DNA from: Flectonema sp. DT1601
Taxonomy: Eukaryota
Reading direction: 5' to 3'
Assembly: GCA_964019425.1 (NCBI GenBank)
Contig: OZ025798.1
Location: 434,001 to 498,000 of the forward strand
DNA length: 64,000 bases
Shown: one piece after another, positions 46,501-61,500 of the stretch
Layout: each line of letters begins with the position of its first letter
Position numbering within the stretch: the first letter of the stretch is position 1
Position numbers and translations under genes: made by a program
The notes under the pieces: generated by a model
Database searches by the model: none
Told to the model about the DNA's origin: nothing
The model's input: only the letters and a program-made list of their open reading frames with translations

Positions 46501-49500
46501 ATGAAATCTTGCAATTGCTAAAGACTTTCCATCGTTATCTTTTACTCTGCCAAACTCAGCAGTTTTGCTTGGGAGGAAGTGATCAAAGGACGATCCTTTT
46601 ATTTTAATTTCGGCGTAGTGACCATTTTGACATCTCCATATTTGTTCGTTGGAAGCACCGATGGCTGCGATTTGACTTGGATAAGCATTAAATGTTCTTG
46701 GGAATCCACCATTACAGTCAACCAGGTTACCAGCCTCATCTAACAAAGATACACTCGCAACCCAATTTGATCCTTCAGTCGCTTGAGTTGCGATTTCTGC
46801 ACAACCCATGCGATGAGGCCACCCAGGTCTAACGACTATGGCTGCTGATGGAATGGAAGACAACCCAAACACTTCACACGTCACAGTTATGACTTCAGGT
46901 GCTAACGAATACCAAATATTTGATAAAGTCGCTCCATGAGTAAGACCTGTAAACACACAAGGACTATCAGCTGTATGAACACAATTAGCAGGCAACCCAT
47001 AAGGGATTGTGAGAGCTCCAAAATCAGTAGCTTCTGGGGTATCACGTGTTAGTTCCAAGTTAGAAAGTGGTGCCATTGTTGCTCCTTGTGGTTCTATTAC
47101 AAGAGATCCAATAATCTCAGTTGTTAAACCAGTGGTAGTTACTCGTAACTGTAAGTGAGTTGATTCTACGCCATCAACAGCACCTGGTGGATGTCTTCCA
47201 ACGGTTGCTGTTGTAAGTCTGAGTGAGAAGACTCTAATGTCATACAACAATACTGAACTTGGTCTGAACTCTAAGAATGGTGAGACGGTTGGTGGATCAG
47301 TCAAATCAGTCCAGGTTGCTGGAGTGAAAGTATTTCTGTTAATAGCATCAACAAATATCTCTGCTGCACCTTCACCACTAACAAGACCACCAGTGATTCC
47401 CTCAAACGTTGCGACATAGTTATGCCAGCTATCAGCTAATTGTGAAATCATTTCAATTTCAGCCACCTTATGACCAGGAGGGACTTCTAATACCATCCAA
47501 TGAGATCCATGACGTGTGACCGCATGACGTCTCCACTCAACAAACCAACTCAACTGAGAATTAGCCATCAGAATAGAAGGTGTCGAACTTGGTATCATAG
47601 AATGAAATCTTGCCCATAATTCTAATGAAAAAGCATTGTGAACACTCCTGGGAAGTGATGCTCTCGGTCCTAACCCAGTTAAGCACATTGTAGCAGGAGG
47701 AGTTAATGTTGATATAGGACATCCATGAAGTGAGTCAGATGGGATTGCTGCAGGAGATATCCCTGACAACTTTAATTTATTACCAACATCAACATTTAAG
47801 TTGGATCTTCCTTCTGCGATTTGAAGTGTGACGGGTTTTCCTTGAGGCCATTCATGAACACCATGTCCATACTGATCTCTAATTTGAATTCTGTATGTCG
47901 CTGGGTTCAGTCCAGCGATCTGTTCATTTGGATAACCAACAACAACACAATGATCTGCATCAGAAGGAATAAATAATATTCCAACAATCTGATCAGTTGG
48001 GTCTGCTGGAGCTTGACAACTACTATCACATCTCGATCTAAACTCCTTAATCGAAACCTTGAAATCTATCTTTATTGGGTGATTAATCTCAAGATCAATG
48101 AATGTGTATTTTCCATCCTCAGTTGGAGCTTTTATTTCACTGGTGATGCTTGTTTCCAACAGTGGAGAGGAAAGTTTTGTTCCGACAACCCGTACAGTCG
48201 CTGCATCATCAGTCAGTCGTAACAGAGTTCCAAAAACAAAAGCTTCCAACTCAACAACAACATCATCACCACCAACGTTACCAGCAATATCGACAATCTG
48301 AATAGATAGAAAAAATGATTTTCTAACCTTAACCTCAGCAGGGAGGCTTGTTGTAAACAATGCCTGATTAACACATCCACCAATGACTCTGATAGGTGTC
48401 AATGCTGACACAGCTGCAGCGAATGCTGGAGCTTCAAAAACAATAGACTCGATCGTGTCACTTGTAGCAGGAGTTGTTATTGTACAGAAAGCATCTGCTT
48501 GTCCCAAAGCCATAGCAGCAGTAGAATCAATGGTACACGTAGCAGGTGTTGTCGCAGTTGAAGATTTCAGACCATAATTAACACTAACAACAACCCCTTG
48601 TGTATCTGTGCTTGGTAATGTTCCTTCTTGAGGAGACAGACCTCTAATTCTGAAAGTCAATGGAGTTGCGATACGAACAGGACAAGCATCCTCTTCCAGT
48701 GCTTCCTTTACGATCATTAGTTTTTTCCCTGTTGATACTCCGTTGATTGTGATTTCTCTCCTTGTAGGAGGCGTAGTTGTAGTGTCCATCATAAATATCA
48801 TACTTTCTGCATTCAAACTATCAGTACCGACACTTGAGTCTGTTCTAGTACATGATATGTGTACTTTGTGAGAACCAACACTACTAACACCAAAGTTAAA
48901 TCTAAACCATACAAATGAAGGACTGTAAGAGATTGGATTCATGGTAACTGGATCAATAGTTTTGTGAAGATCAAGTAAGAATCTTTCTCTATTAGGTGTT
49001 GTAATCCATTCACCTGTCACAGGATCAGCTGAGTTTGTTATTGGAATGAAAGTTCCTGAAGGAGTAGAGGCAATCGGTATCATCTCACATCTCATTGGGT
49101 ACCTCTTAGTATCGAGTATTGGATTACCATGTTTGTCTGATACTTGAGCTTTAATCCCAAATATAACAGGTCTGTTTACAGTAACTGTTTCTATAGCGAT
49201 ATTAGAATCTACAAGTGACACAGTAGCTGGTTCACCATGTAAAACATTAATAAAACCAGCATTAATTACAACAGAGTTAGTACACGTTGTATGTCCTCCA
49301 GTTAATGTTGGTAGAAGTTGAAGTGCAACAGAAGCAACCTTTGCTGTAACTGAAAAGACCATTGATCCTGAGATCTCAGTCGACATAGGTACTGCTGAAT
49401 AGTCATTAGCATTAGTAGGAGTTAGACTTACAGCAAAGTTAGTAGTCAGTCGAGAGAAGTGATTTAGTGTATTTCCGAATTCATCAGCTAGTCGAACAGT

Positions 49501-52500
49501 GACAGTAAAAGTTTGACCAGCAATAGTCTTTGAAGGCAATATTACAGAGACAACTCTAACAATGCAACTCAACACCACAATACTACTTGTTGGTGGGTAT
49601 GGGTCGACTGGTACTGCAATTTGCCATTTCGGAGCGATAGCCTCAAGAACAATGTCACCAACAGCAGTAAAACTCAGACCTGAAAAAGTAATTTTACCAC
49701 TTGATAAACGTGATGAAAGTCCCTGTGATTGTTCTGTTCGTAGCTCACCTGCTCCTGATTTCAAGCGAAGATCAACTTCACCTACGATTTCTTCAGGAAT
49801 CCATCCAAGTACTGGGTGGCTCCATGAACATAAATTATCATATTCATCAAATGCCTGAACAGAAACACTAATTTCAGGACTACAATCAAGACAGACACCA
49901 TCAACTGTAACACCGTGAGTTGTATTAATAGAAACAGGTCTTTGAATCCAAGGAGAAATTGTTAATCTCGATGGTTTGTTTGGAGGGAACGATCTAGTGA
50001 AAGAACCCTCACATATAATATCCCTGCTACTATTCCTTACAGCATAGTTAAGCTGAACTGAGCGTTCTGCTTTTGTGTATGAGAGACCAGGGAAGGCAAT
50101 AGCAGACCCAATTGCATGTCTGATAATTTGACCAGATAAGTACTCAGTAGTTGTCTCATTTGTTGTGTCTGTGACAGTCGCAAACACACCAGGAGTCCAT
50201 ATTCCCTGAGCAGAGCATGGTGTTGTCGTCTTACACAAGTACCTTCTAGTTTTTTCAGGTTGATTACAGTCGGCTAACACCCAGTTAAAGTTCTCACCAT
50301 AATTTATAATTACACACTTATTACCAGATTTCACCGATGCGATGTCTGCAGGTGTTGGTTCAAACGTAGGTCCCCAACCAGCAAATGACGGGTACAACGT
50401 TGATATTGGTTCCCCATCGGCGTTGACAAAAGTATCTATTCCCCGAATGCTAGCAACCGAAACATGAATAAACACATAGGTATCAGCTGAAGACAGTAAT
50501 GCTTCAGAAATTATTATATTTTCGTCAAAGTTACGAGGGGTCGCAGGAGTACATCCAACAAGAGAAAACGGAGCTTCAATACACCTAGCATCATCAACAG
50601 CGTTATTTCCAACCGAATCAAGCACCATAACTGTGAAAGAGAACTGCTCTCCGGCAGCATAAGCCGCCTGCGCTGGTTCTACTACAGAACATGCTGCAGG
50701 TCTACCTGCCTTTACAATTATTGATAAAGAACATTGTGACGAAGCAGTTGCTTGAACATATATCGATCGAAGTACGCTGTCAGCACCTTTCGGTAGTATT
50801 GTTTCAAAACGAAGTCCTTTGAAGTTTGCCATACCAGTGCTGGTAGTAATTGAAGAAGGAACAGCTCCAATGATGTCAGTCAACTCATTTATGTTTCTAT
50901 CAGGATCTTGAGTCGTATCAACAAGAGAGATAGTCGTACTGGTGTCAACAAGAGTTACTCCATCAGGTTTGTATATATCAATTGATATGTCAAACTGTTG
51001 TCCAACGACAACAGAATCTGGACCAGTACACTTTACTATATTTGCTTGGACAGAAAGCGCACAAGTAGATGGATGAAGTTGTTGTTCAGATATTGATAAT
51101 GTCGCAAGAATACTCAAATCACTACATCCTGGTAAGGTTGCATCAACTAAACATTGTTCGTATAGTTGGTATGATGAAGGAATCCAAACTGGTGATAGCT
51201 CAGCGATACCATCAATGGTTCCAACAGTTGATGCTCCAACCATTTGTCCTTGATCAACCGACATGGATATTGAATAACCACTATCAATATTAAAAACCTG
51301 AAGTCGTTCCCATCCACCACAACCTCTCATATCATGTGCAACAGCTCCACTACATGTGACTGAACATTCTGCTGATGTCGCTTCTGAGTTTGGAAGGATT
51401 GGTCTGTTTCCACACTTGCATCGAATTCCGTTTTCTATTGCCATTAATTGATAGCCTTCTGCATCACATTTTTCAGCACAGTGTTCTATAGTAAGTTCAC
51501 TTGGGATAGTTGGAACATCATAAGACATAAAACCACTTGACGTACTCATGTAACATCCAATTAGTGAAATCTTAAGGTCCTCATCCGAAACCAAATTACC
51601 ATCCTCGTCGATCACATGCAAAACAAATGTTGGAACTTCTCTTGCGATGCTTATCGTTGGTCGAGGTAACTTTAAAGTACACACTTCTGGCCGAACTATT
51701 TTGATGCAGCATGCCTTCCCTGGTTTGATTGTAATATCATCAGTCTCAACAGATTTCACATTACACGTAGCTGACGACTCGGCTTGAATTAAGAAATGTG
51801 TCACCTTCGCAGTTGAAATCGATATTTGAGCTGTAGCATAACCATTAACAAGACTTGTGTTAGTGACGTGTGTTTTTGTTGTATCCATTGAGAATACTTG
51901 TAGTCTAGTGTTTATACATGCTGATTGTGAGTATAAACCAGATCCATCACTTGAGACTTTGTTACCACACTTATCCTGTAACTCTACAGCAATTGTAAAG
52001 GAATCAGAACTATTAACTGCCTGTGGTGGTTGCATTACAACACCTAACCTCGCAGGAGGACCAGTCAAGAATCTAATCGCGTCCGTGTGGAAGACCGGAA
52101 CAGGAGGTGTTGGTGTTTGACATGAATTCTGAACACATCTCTTTTTGCAATCTGGCATATGTCTGTGAGAGTCTGGTGTTAGAGCTGTGTGAGTACATCC
52201 TATTTGATTCTCAGAGCATGCCTCATGAATGAGATTTAAGTCAGTTACTATCAATTCAATAGTTTCTGCTTTGTCATAAGTAATATCAAATATAACAGTC
52301 CCCGACTCCGTATTCTTCGTCAGTCGTCCTCCTAAGGTACCCGTACCGTATCCAAGAGATAGTGTTATTCTGTGATCAGAAACATCATTTTTATTGTTCC
52401 AAAAATCCACAACCTCAAAAGACACAGGTGCGTTACCAATAAATGCACAACTAGGAGCTGGAACATTATCCGGGACTGAAACCGCATTTATATGATGAGG

Positions 52501-55500
52501 ATTACCCGCAACTATTAATATCGGTAATGATGCTTGAGTACCACAGCTTGGTCTTGCCGCATAAAATATTTCAAGTTCAAGCAACTCAGCAGTATTGTGC
52601 CAGAGACCAGAAAATGATATCTGATGACCGTCTACAGGTCTGGTTATTTGCCTACTAATAGAGAAGATTTCTATGTTAATATTCCCAATGGTTGTATCTT
52701 CACCAGAACATGTTGGGGATCTACGAGAAAAGATCTCATCGTCGATTGACGATAAACAAGTACACATTGTCTGTTCACTAGTATCGGAAACCATCATAAA
52801 TTGAGATCCTGAACTACCACAACACGTCTGACATGACTTGATATCAGTGTGGACAGTGTCATAGCTAGAGAGAAGTTGTTCGCTTACAGTAAAGCATCCT
52901 CTTGATGATAATTGATTGTTAAAATGAGTTAATGTTTGTCCAACAGGGCTACCTGACAATTCACTTGCATATGAAATAGCGGCACTTTGAAGTCCGATGT
53001 CAGCCATACTACAAGGGATTGCTCCATGAATTCCAGACACCCAACCAGTCTTACTAACTAACTCTACATCTCCAGCAGTATCATAAAGAAAACATAACCC
53101 AGAGTTTTGTTCATAATTCCACATCATACATTCACTGTTGGTATTGCACTGCTGCTCACACAGTTTCCATGAGTCTGCTGGTTGTTGGATTAACCTTCTT
53201 GCCAAGTAACTTGGGATTCTCATAGAGCTATATTGAACTCCACAGAATGCTATATTATTCTGCGTATCGTAAAGGGTTACCACAATTCCGAATGGATTTC
53301 CTGCGACAACTCTTGAAGGTTGCTCAGATACAGCCCACTTACAAGGCCTGTCGGGAACAATATTAATTGGTATCTCTCTTGAATCACTGCATGCATCAGG
53401 ATTTCCAATAGCGCTGTGGGTTACTTTGACCCATATGGTTGAAGGTGCTAATTGAACAGACAAGCCTGTCTCAGCAAGTCCAAATGTAGTTCCTAATGTC
53501 TGAGATCCGTCAGGTAAGGTTATCCTAGTCGGTCGCTTAGTAACAACCGCTAGTTGCGATACCGAAGGAACACTTCGTGAGATTCTAAATTCCAAATCAA
53601 AGTTAATCAAAAGATTTATTTGATCAACCGTTAACGCAACTCCCTTATTAGTTAAAACAACAGTAACATTACCAACTGTATGCATATCTTTATAAACGTG
53701 AGCTTTGTTGGTACCAGGGAACTGCTCATTTGTAAGGACAGCTCTGATATTACTTGAGAGAGTGACTTCTATTTCACAACGGAGGCATTCAAACTGTTCA
53801 AGTTGGACGGTAATGTCAGGCTTTTCAGGGCAAGTTAAAGCTGCAGTTAGCAGAGGACGAAGTAAAGCAACATTCGCATTAGCGACGATGCTGAAGTCAG
53901 AAATACGAAACGCTAAACCCTCAATTGCTCCTCTTGTAGGACCAGAGAGAGCAACACCATGTAATTGTTGTAATGCAGAACCAGTCACAGGAAGATCAAC
54001 ATCGCTACCAATAATCGCACTTGATGTTGCCCTTGCAGCTGTTGTTATAATTAATCCAAACATATCCTTTACTGTAGTAGCCTGTGATCCTGACCATCCA
54101 TTCGACATGTCTTGACCAGCACTAAATCCACCAAAATAGTACGACTTACCGAGGGATGATATCAGGGGAGCGGTACTCATGAATGATCGACCACCCGGAA
54201 TTGAACTGTAGGCATTGCTGTCAAATTGAATACCAACCGGGTATTGTTGTTCTGAGATCCAAGAGTTGCTTTGTAAGTCAAGGATAGAGACGGTTGATGA
54301 CATACTGCTAGGATTCCAACCTCCGTTAGTTGTACCTCCAAATAGGACAACTCTGTCGTTGATGTCGTCATATGAGACGGCTGATGCTGCAGGGATGTTT
54401 TCGGTTTCAATATCAGATTTCCAGTCTTCACTTCCCGTCAAGTCTCTAGTCCACACCTTACCAGGAGTACCTGTTTCAGTAATACCAGGAAACACATACA
54501 ACATCCCGTTGCGTAATACACTCGCCATTCCATACATCGGGTCTGGCATAGTTGCTGAAGGTAGTACCTTCCAAGAAGTCTTCATTGGGTTAGGATCTCT
54601 GCCGAAAGTTAATTGACTGATGTCTAGAGTCCAAAGTTGGTTTGAAATCCCATCCTCATTAACACCTCCGTAGACAAATAGAGTGCTGCGATAAATTGCT
54701 GCAGTCGCAAAGACTAAGCGGGGTTGTTGTTTTTCTTCATTCTCAGGAACTTCAATAGATCTGGTGTATGAAAATGTCTCTGTCTGCGATTCGAGAGTTG
54801 GAGTCCTTTGTGTAAGGGATACAGTTTCTGATACTGCAGTTGGTGTTACTATATTACTTCCCGTTAATGTTTCCGTATATGTTGGAGTGACGGTTGACGT
54901 GTATTCATTAAATCTAAACTTTTCAATATCTACTACGTGTAAGTCTCCTAAAAACTTTCCATTGCGATCCATTCCGCCAAATATAAACATTTTTCCCTCG
55001 AATCCGGATGATGCTTGTCCGAATCTAGGACTGACGCAGTATGCTGTGCAGTCGGTCCATTCGGTTCTTGCGTTATCTGCGCTTTCGAAACAGGTGTAGC
55101 AGTCGGGGGATTGGATGTCAATTAATTCCTGCCATCTTTGTGTTATTAAATTATATCTCCAGAAATTGTTAGTCGCAGAACTCGCAGGAGCTGACCATGC
55201 GGCTTCTCCTTCACCTGGTCCCCTTTTACTTCCACCGAATAATATAATACTTAATTTCCTTAATGACTTCACATTCACATTTTCTCTATCACTACTCTCT
55301 GAATCGACTCGTACATTGTAAGATTCCTCATTATTTCTAACTGTAATTTTGACTTGAACAGACCTACCGTTGAGTATGTACTCAGCAACTTCGCCTGGTT
55401 CAAAGACTCCGTAATCTCTCATAGAACTATATCCGAATAAGAGATCAGGTCTCCTCCTTGATTCACCTCTTACACAAAGACTACTAATTGCTGTTGTGGT

Positions 55501-58500
55501 CCACCTACAGTCTGCGGCTTGACAAGCAGTATCGTTAGTGAACGATTCACACGATTGCACTTCCCATAAAAGATTGTTTTCAGTGTTTTCACGAGTTAGT
55601 GATATCGCTACTGAGCAACCAGAATCAGAAATTACATTATTTTTATTTGAATCTTGAACTGTTGCCCAGATTGGTGCTCTGATAGGAAGTCCAATAGAGC
55701 AGGTTGTCGGCTGTGAAACGATTTTGAGAGAAGCAGCTGCTCCTGCGCTAACACAAATAAGTTCTGATCTCTCTCTCACTCCAACACCGTTATGAATAGC
55801 ACCTGCGACAACACGGATCTGTTCAGCAACGTTGTATTGAATAGCAGTAAATGATACTCTACCATCTCGTGTACGAAGTTGATTATTTCCAGTGATAAAA
55901 CCAGTAGCTACAGGTTGGTATCTTGCAGGTGTCAGTATGATAAAAATATCATTTCTGTCAGACGCAACGTTTCCAAACCGATCTGTGGCTACTAATGTGA
56001 TTGCTGTTTTAATGATTTCACCCGCTCGTACTGTTGTATCAGATCCACAGGTTGGTTGGTTTTCGAAATGAAGTCCAGCGAACTCACCTTGGATGACATT
56101 AATACTGTGGCATACAGCAGGTATGGCAAACCCTTCAACTGATAAGTGAATAATAATTACTTCTGAGTGATGGTACTGTAAGTGAGGGAAGGACACGATG
56201 CCTTCCGCAACGTTAGCGTTAGAAGTAAGCTGCTGTGAACCAGTTGCCAACGTTAGCTTTGCTGCCATAGCTGAATGACTAGTAGGGTTGCCATACTTAT
56301 CTACTAGCGCTCCCACTACTGAAAACTCTTCCCCAGCCTTTAACACTAATTTCTCTGGCTTACATGTCACCTTGTCAGGGACTAGAGCTCTAACATTAAT
56401 ATCGCAAGAGGAGGATTTAATATTTCTAATTGCACAATTCAAATTATACATTCCGCTCTTCACCTGAAGCAAGTCCTGAGTAAGTGGAAACACTGCTTTA
56501 CCAGTGCTATCAAGTGTGAATGGTTCTCTAATTGTTTGTGGTGGATCAACCTCATTTGATAGTGTACAAGAGATGAATTCATCCTTTACACTGGTAACAA
56601 CATTATTAGAGTTGTCAGTGAGATATGTTACAAAACTGAATGGTGTTCCAGCATCAACTACTGATGGAGGGCACACAACATTCAATTTTGATGCAACAGT
56701 CGGAGCTACGCTAACATCACTGCAGGTTCCGGTTATGACTCCTCCTGAAGATGTTCTCGCGACTATTCCTAGACCTACCTTACCAGCGATTGTAATCGTG
56801 GTTGGAAAAGTTATCTCTCCATTAGAATTAAGGGCATCAGTTGCAGTACCCTGTACCTGAGGTGGCACAGATGCAATCCAAAATGTATTGAGAGATGGAT
56901 GAGTAGGTCTACCACTAACTAATGAAATAGTTGCTGTGTATCCCCTGCAGTCAGCATTTGAACTATCAGGGCAAGCTGGCATATATTTTTCAGTCGTTGG
57001 ATTATATTTCACAATTGTAGACGTCACATTAAATTGCTCTCCTGATTCCTGCTCTTCCGCAACACTGCAAGCGACCGCTAAGTTAGTGACCTCATAAGTC
57101 TCACTACAGATAGTTTCTAATAGAATAGAGCTTGATTCAATACGGAACTTTATCCCAATAGGTCTACCAGCTGTGACAGATGAAAATGAAAGATCGCTGA
57201 AGGTCGTTAATGCGTTTGGTCCAATAGACTTTGACGTTTCACCCCCAAGATAGCCACCCAAATCATCGTCTTCCCCATCACGCACAGCCGTAGCTGTTAC
57301 TTTACATGATGGACAGCTTAGTACTTGATTACCATGATTATCATACAAGAATGTATTTATAATCGGAAATGGCTTGTGAACACCAACAGGTCCACTTGCC
57401 TCTGCTGATTCACACTTCAGTGTTTTTGGTGTCGCAGATTTGAAGCAGACTGTTGGAGAGACGCCATCAATTAATCCTTCAGCATATGCTGCGATGTCAA
57501 TGCATTCGGCGCTTTCATAAGAAAGTCCACAAAATGATGCTTTCCCTGTTGTAGCTTTTTGAGAAGTGGTTCCCATAAGCGTATTGCAGATTCCAAAATC
57601 ACATTTTTCGGATCTCCATGAGATACCTAATGATATACTTGTTGACTTGTCAGCTGCTACTCGAAGTGGTCTTTCTAAACTTCTGCCTGTCGATTGCGTT
57701 GACACAGACTGCGATAATGTTCCAGAAGCCACCAGAGCATTCCTAAACAAAGCCGCCACTGAAGGTGGTACAGATGTTGAAAAGTGATCCTCCTGTTGGG
57801 TAATAATATCAAACCATTCAACATCATACGCATCTTGGAGTGGCCTATTTTTGTTGTATGAACCGCGCTTACTTGTTTGAGTGTCGTATGAAGTAGTCGT
57901 TTCCCGAAACTCATCATTTCTCGGGTGTTCTGGTGTAATAACATTACCTTCAGTGTCAATAATTTCAACGTCCACACAAAATCTATCACCAGCCTGTAGA
58001 CTTCCTTCTTCAGTTGATGGAGGGATGCCAACAGCTATAGAAGGTTTAACAATTCGTAAGCTAGTTCCAGTACCAGGAAGTATCAGGACAGCTTTAGTTG
58101 ATGTCGAAGGCATGTCTACTCCTAACAAAGTAACTGAAATAGATATCTCTTCAGGTGCCTTTCCGTATGACAATCCTGAAAAGGATGTGACTCCACGAGC
58201 GACAATAGAAGTGAGAGATCCTCTAAGCATTGAAGTACCTTCAGTGAGTGTCAGACGAGCAGTAAATCCATCGACAGAATTTTCAGCGAGATTGCCGTAT
58301 GAGTCCAAAACTCTAACAAAAACACCGAATGGTACACCAGCTCTTACAATATCTTGGTTAAAAACACTTCCAACAATCTCCGGAACAATCGAAGCAGCTT
58401 CCCCTGAAAGCATAAACACCGCTCCACACTGACCCTGAGCTAGAATAATTGTCCCTGTCTGAATATCCAAGCTACGAGGAGAGCTATCGGCTGATAAATC

Positions 58501-61500
58501 TTGAATTCTAAAATCTAACGAATCAGTTTTAGCGTAATCATTATCTTGAATAGTTGTTGGTAGAATAACTGGGGTTGACTTAATACCACTCGACTGAGCA
58601 ACAAACAAAATACCTTCAGTAACAACAGTTGTTAAGTTCAATCCATTCAAAGTTACTTCCGTAGCAGACTTTGACGGAACTACTGAAGGTGGATTGTGTT
58701 CCCAGACGCTGAGACATTTAGAAGCAGATGTCACTGGGCAGGCTTTTAATATGATTGGACGAGTCCATCCAGAAGTTGGGTTCTCATAGCGGTCTAATAT
58801 CTGAACAGTTCTGCTGAAAGCAACACCAGCAGTTATCGTAAAGGGAAGTGACAAACAATCAGAATCTATGAACTTCAACCTACTTGGTTCACCTGCCAAT
58901 ACAACGATGCTAATCTCTAACGGAGCAACTTCTGTAGTTCCGACTAACCCAATTGAGAATACGTAGAGACCAGCCATTGACCGTTCAATTGAAATAGTGT
59001 TGAATCCATTTTCAAGATCATAAGAATATCCCTTACATTCTTTACAAACAGATCTAAAAGGTGACTGAATTACTTTCATGATATAATTATATCCTTGGTA
59101 AGGAGTACATAACGTTGAAGGTAGCCCACCATTTACTGATTTACAATCAGGTGAATCCGAAACCCTCACTGATATAGAAAATGATGTCCCTGCGATTGCT
59201 GAAATCGGTGCTGTAACCTTTTCCACTGAGCGTCTACGTAGAATAATTAAAGGGCTGTATGCACTAATCGGTTCTAAGTCTACTTGTAACAAGTCAAGTT
59301 TATGTGCAATCTTTGAGGCGTTAGAGCCTGTGCATCCAAAAATGGATGACTCTGAGCGTGGTAGTGTCGCTCTCATATAAAATCCAGTCTGACTTGCATC
59401 ATAACTGGTGTATATTAATTGTGTTTCTGAAAGAGTTCCTCCCACCATTGGTTTAGAAGACGTTCCTGATAGAGTTCCGAGAACGTTGTCACATGATAAT
59501 GAAGAACAGGATTCGATTTTAATCTTTGATTGAACCCATTTGGCAACATTACCAAACTTATCAAATGCTGTGACAACAACAGGTGACATAGTACTATCTG
59601 ATCCACTCACTGCAGGTGATTGAACTGTTAAAGAGCTAACAGTTGAAGGTGAGAAACAAATCTTTCTCGTAACTCCTGATGACACTAAACCAGCTGAGAC
59701 TGCTCTAACACTCAAGCAATCAGTGTTGCGATATGAGAATGAAAATTCAACTCTTGAATTATCTGCGTACGATGGTAGCGCTCCCGTATGAACTAAACGA
59801 GAACTACTTCCATGAATAACCTGTAGCTCTACTAACTTACTTGACTGAGAGATATCATTCTGTAGACATCCTACTTCAACGTCTACCAGATCGCATTGCA
59901 TTACTCCGCCGCGTAACCCGCAGATTTGTTCTTTTTTAAATTGAGATGGACACTCTATCTCAGTCGGAGTTAGAGATTTTTTACTAACAAACCTTCTTGT
60001 TATATCTGCTGAGTTTCCTCCTTTGTCCAGAACACCGAAAGTGTACATCATCTGCTGACCTGCTACTGCAGTAAGACAATCAGAATCGGTATGAGCTGAA
60101 TTCCTACAAGGTGATATGTAAGATTCCTGTCCTGGTTGACATGGCTGTGAAATAACAGTCAAACGATAAGGAGCACCAGCTACAACAGTGATTGTTGGAC
60201 AAACAATAGAACCTAATTGACTTATTGGCGTTGCTACTGTTTTATAAACAGATACGTAACGAGCTCCACCATCATTAGTAACACCGCAGTGAGTGTCTGG
60301 AGAGGTAGGGCATGAGTCACATCTGTTACTCTTACTGTTGAAGACGTATCCAGACATACATGTGCATACTTCATTAGAACATATCATATTGTTGAATACA
60401 CATTGTGATGAAACCTTACAACTTGTTGAAGTCTTCTGTACTCCACATGATGTTTGTCTACAAGGATTAGCACAATAATTCCTACGAACTGATCCATGTT
60501 GTGATACAAGAGATGCAGCACAGACACATGTAGTCGACGACATGTCATCTATTGTTGAAGAAAGAGCAAAGACAGGCATCCCCCGAGCAGTGCATATCTT
60601 ATGACAAGACGCAGGGGATAAATCAAGAATTCTAACTGCATAGGTTTCACTCGTTGTGAAAGTGTGTTGATGTTCTTCAGAGCATCCAACACATTTTGGT
60701 GGATCCTTGTAGCATCCAACGTACTGATATGGAGTGACATCGTCGTTATTTCTTGTTTTTTTAATGACCAACTCAAGATTACCTGTGTGAGTGTAAGCAA
60801 CATCTCTCCACGTAACAAGACCTGTTGATCCAACAGTTGCTCTTGTCTTTCCTTTTATATTTCCGAGAGTACCAGATCTTGTAGATAGGGATACTTCTGT
60901 GGCTAATGCTGTGGCTGCATTGCCGTACTTGTCAACAACTGATGCGTGGATATATAAGGTATCCATTGGACTCACCTTATCGACTCCCCCAAGGTTACAA
61001 CTGAACTTCAAAGGATTTCCTGCAACTACTGTAATCGGTTCTGTTGTTTTGATGAATTTCATACTACACGTAGTATCACCAACAGGGCAATTAGTCAATG
61101 AACACGTTGCAGTAATCCTAACGTATCCAGCTTGTTGGATAGTTGCTTCAAGAAAAGCTTTTCCTTGAACTATATCAACAGTAATAGATTGCTGCTCATA
61201 GAATGATATTGGTTCCCATGTGAGTGACGCATCATCCAAGTCACTAATAACAGAGGCCGTAAATTTACAGGTCCCTGTCTCTGCAGCAGTCGGATTAGTT
61301 CCTGAATATAAAACAGCTGAAAGAGGTAATTGTGTTCCAGCTTCAATTAGTTCCGGTTGTGATGGAAATTTGACTGCGTCAGGTCGATTTGGAGCGACAA
61401 CTACATTCTTTGATGTTGTCAAGATACCTTTAGCACTTAGTTCAAACTTAAGTAACAAACACGATCCTTGATAACCCTTAGGGTAATTGAGAGCTGTCCC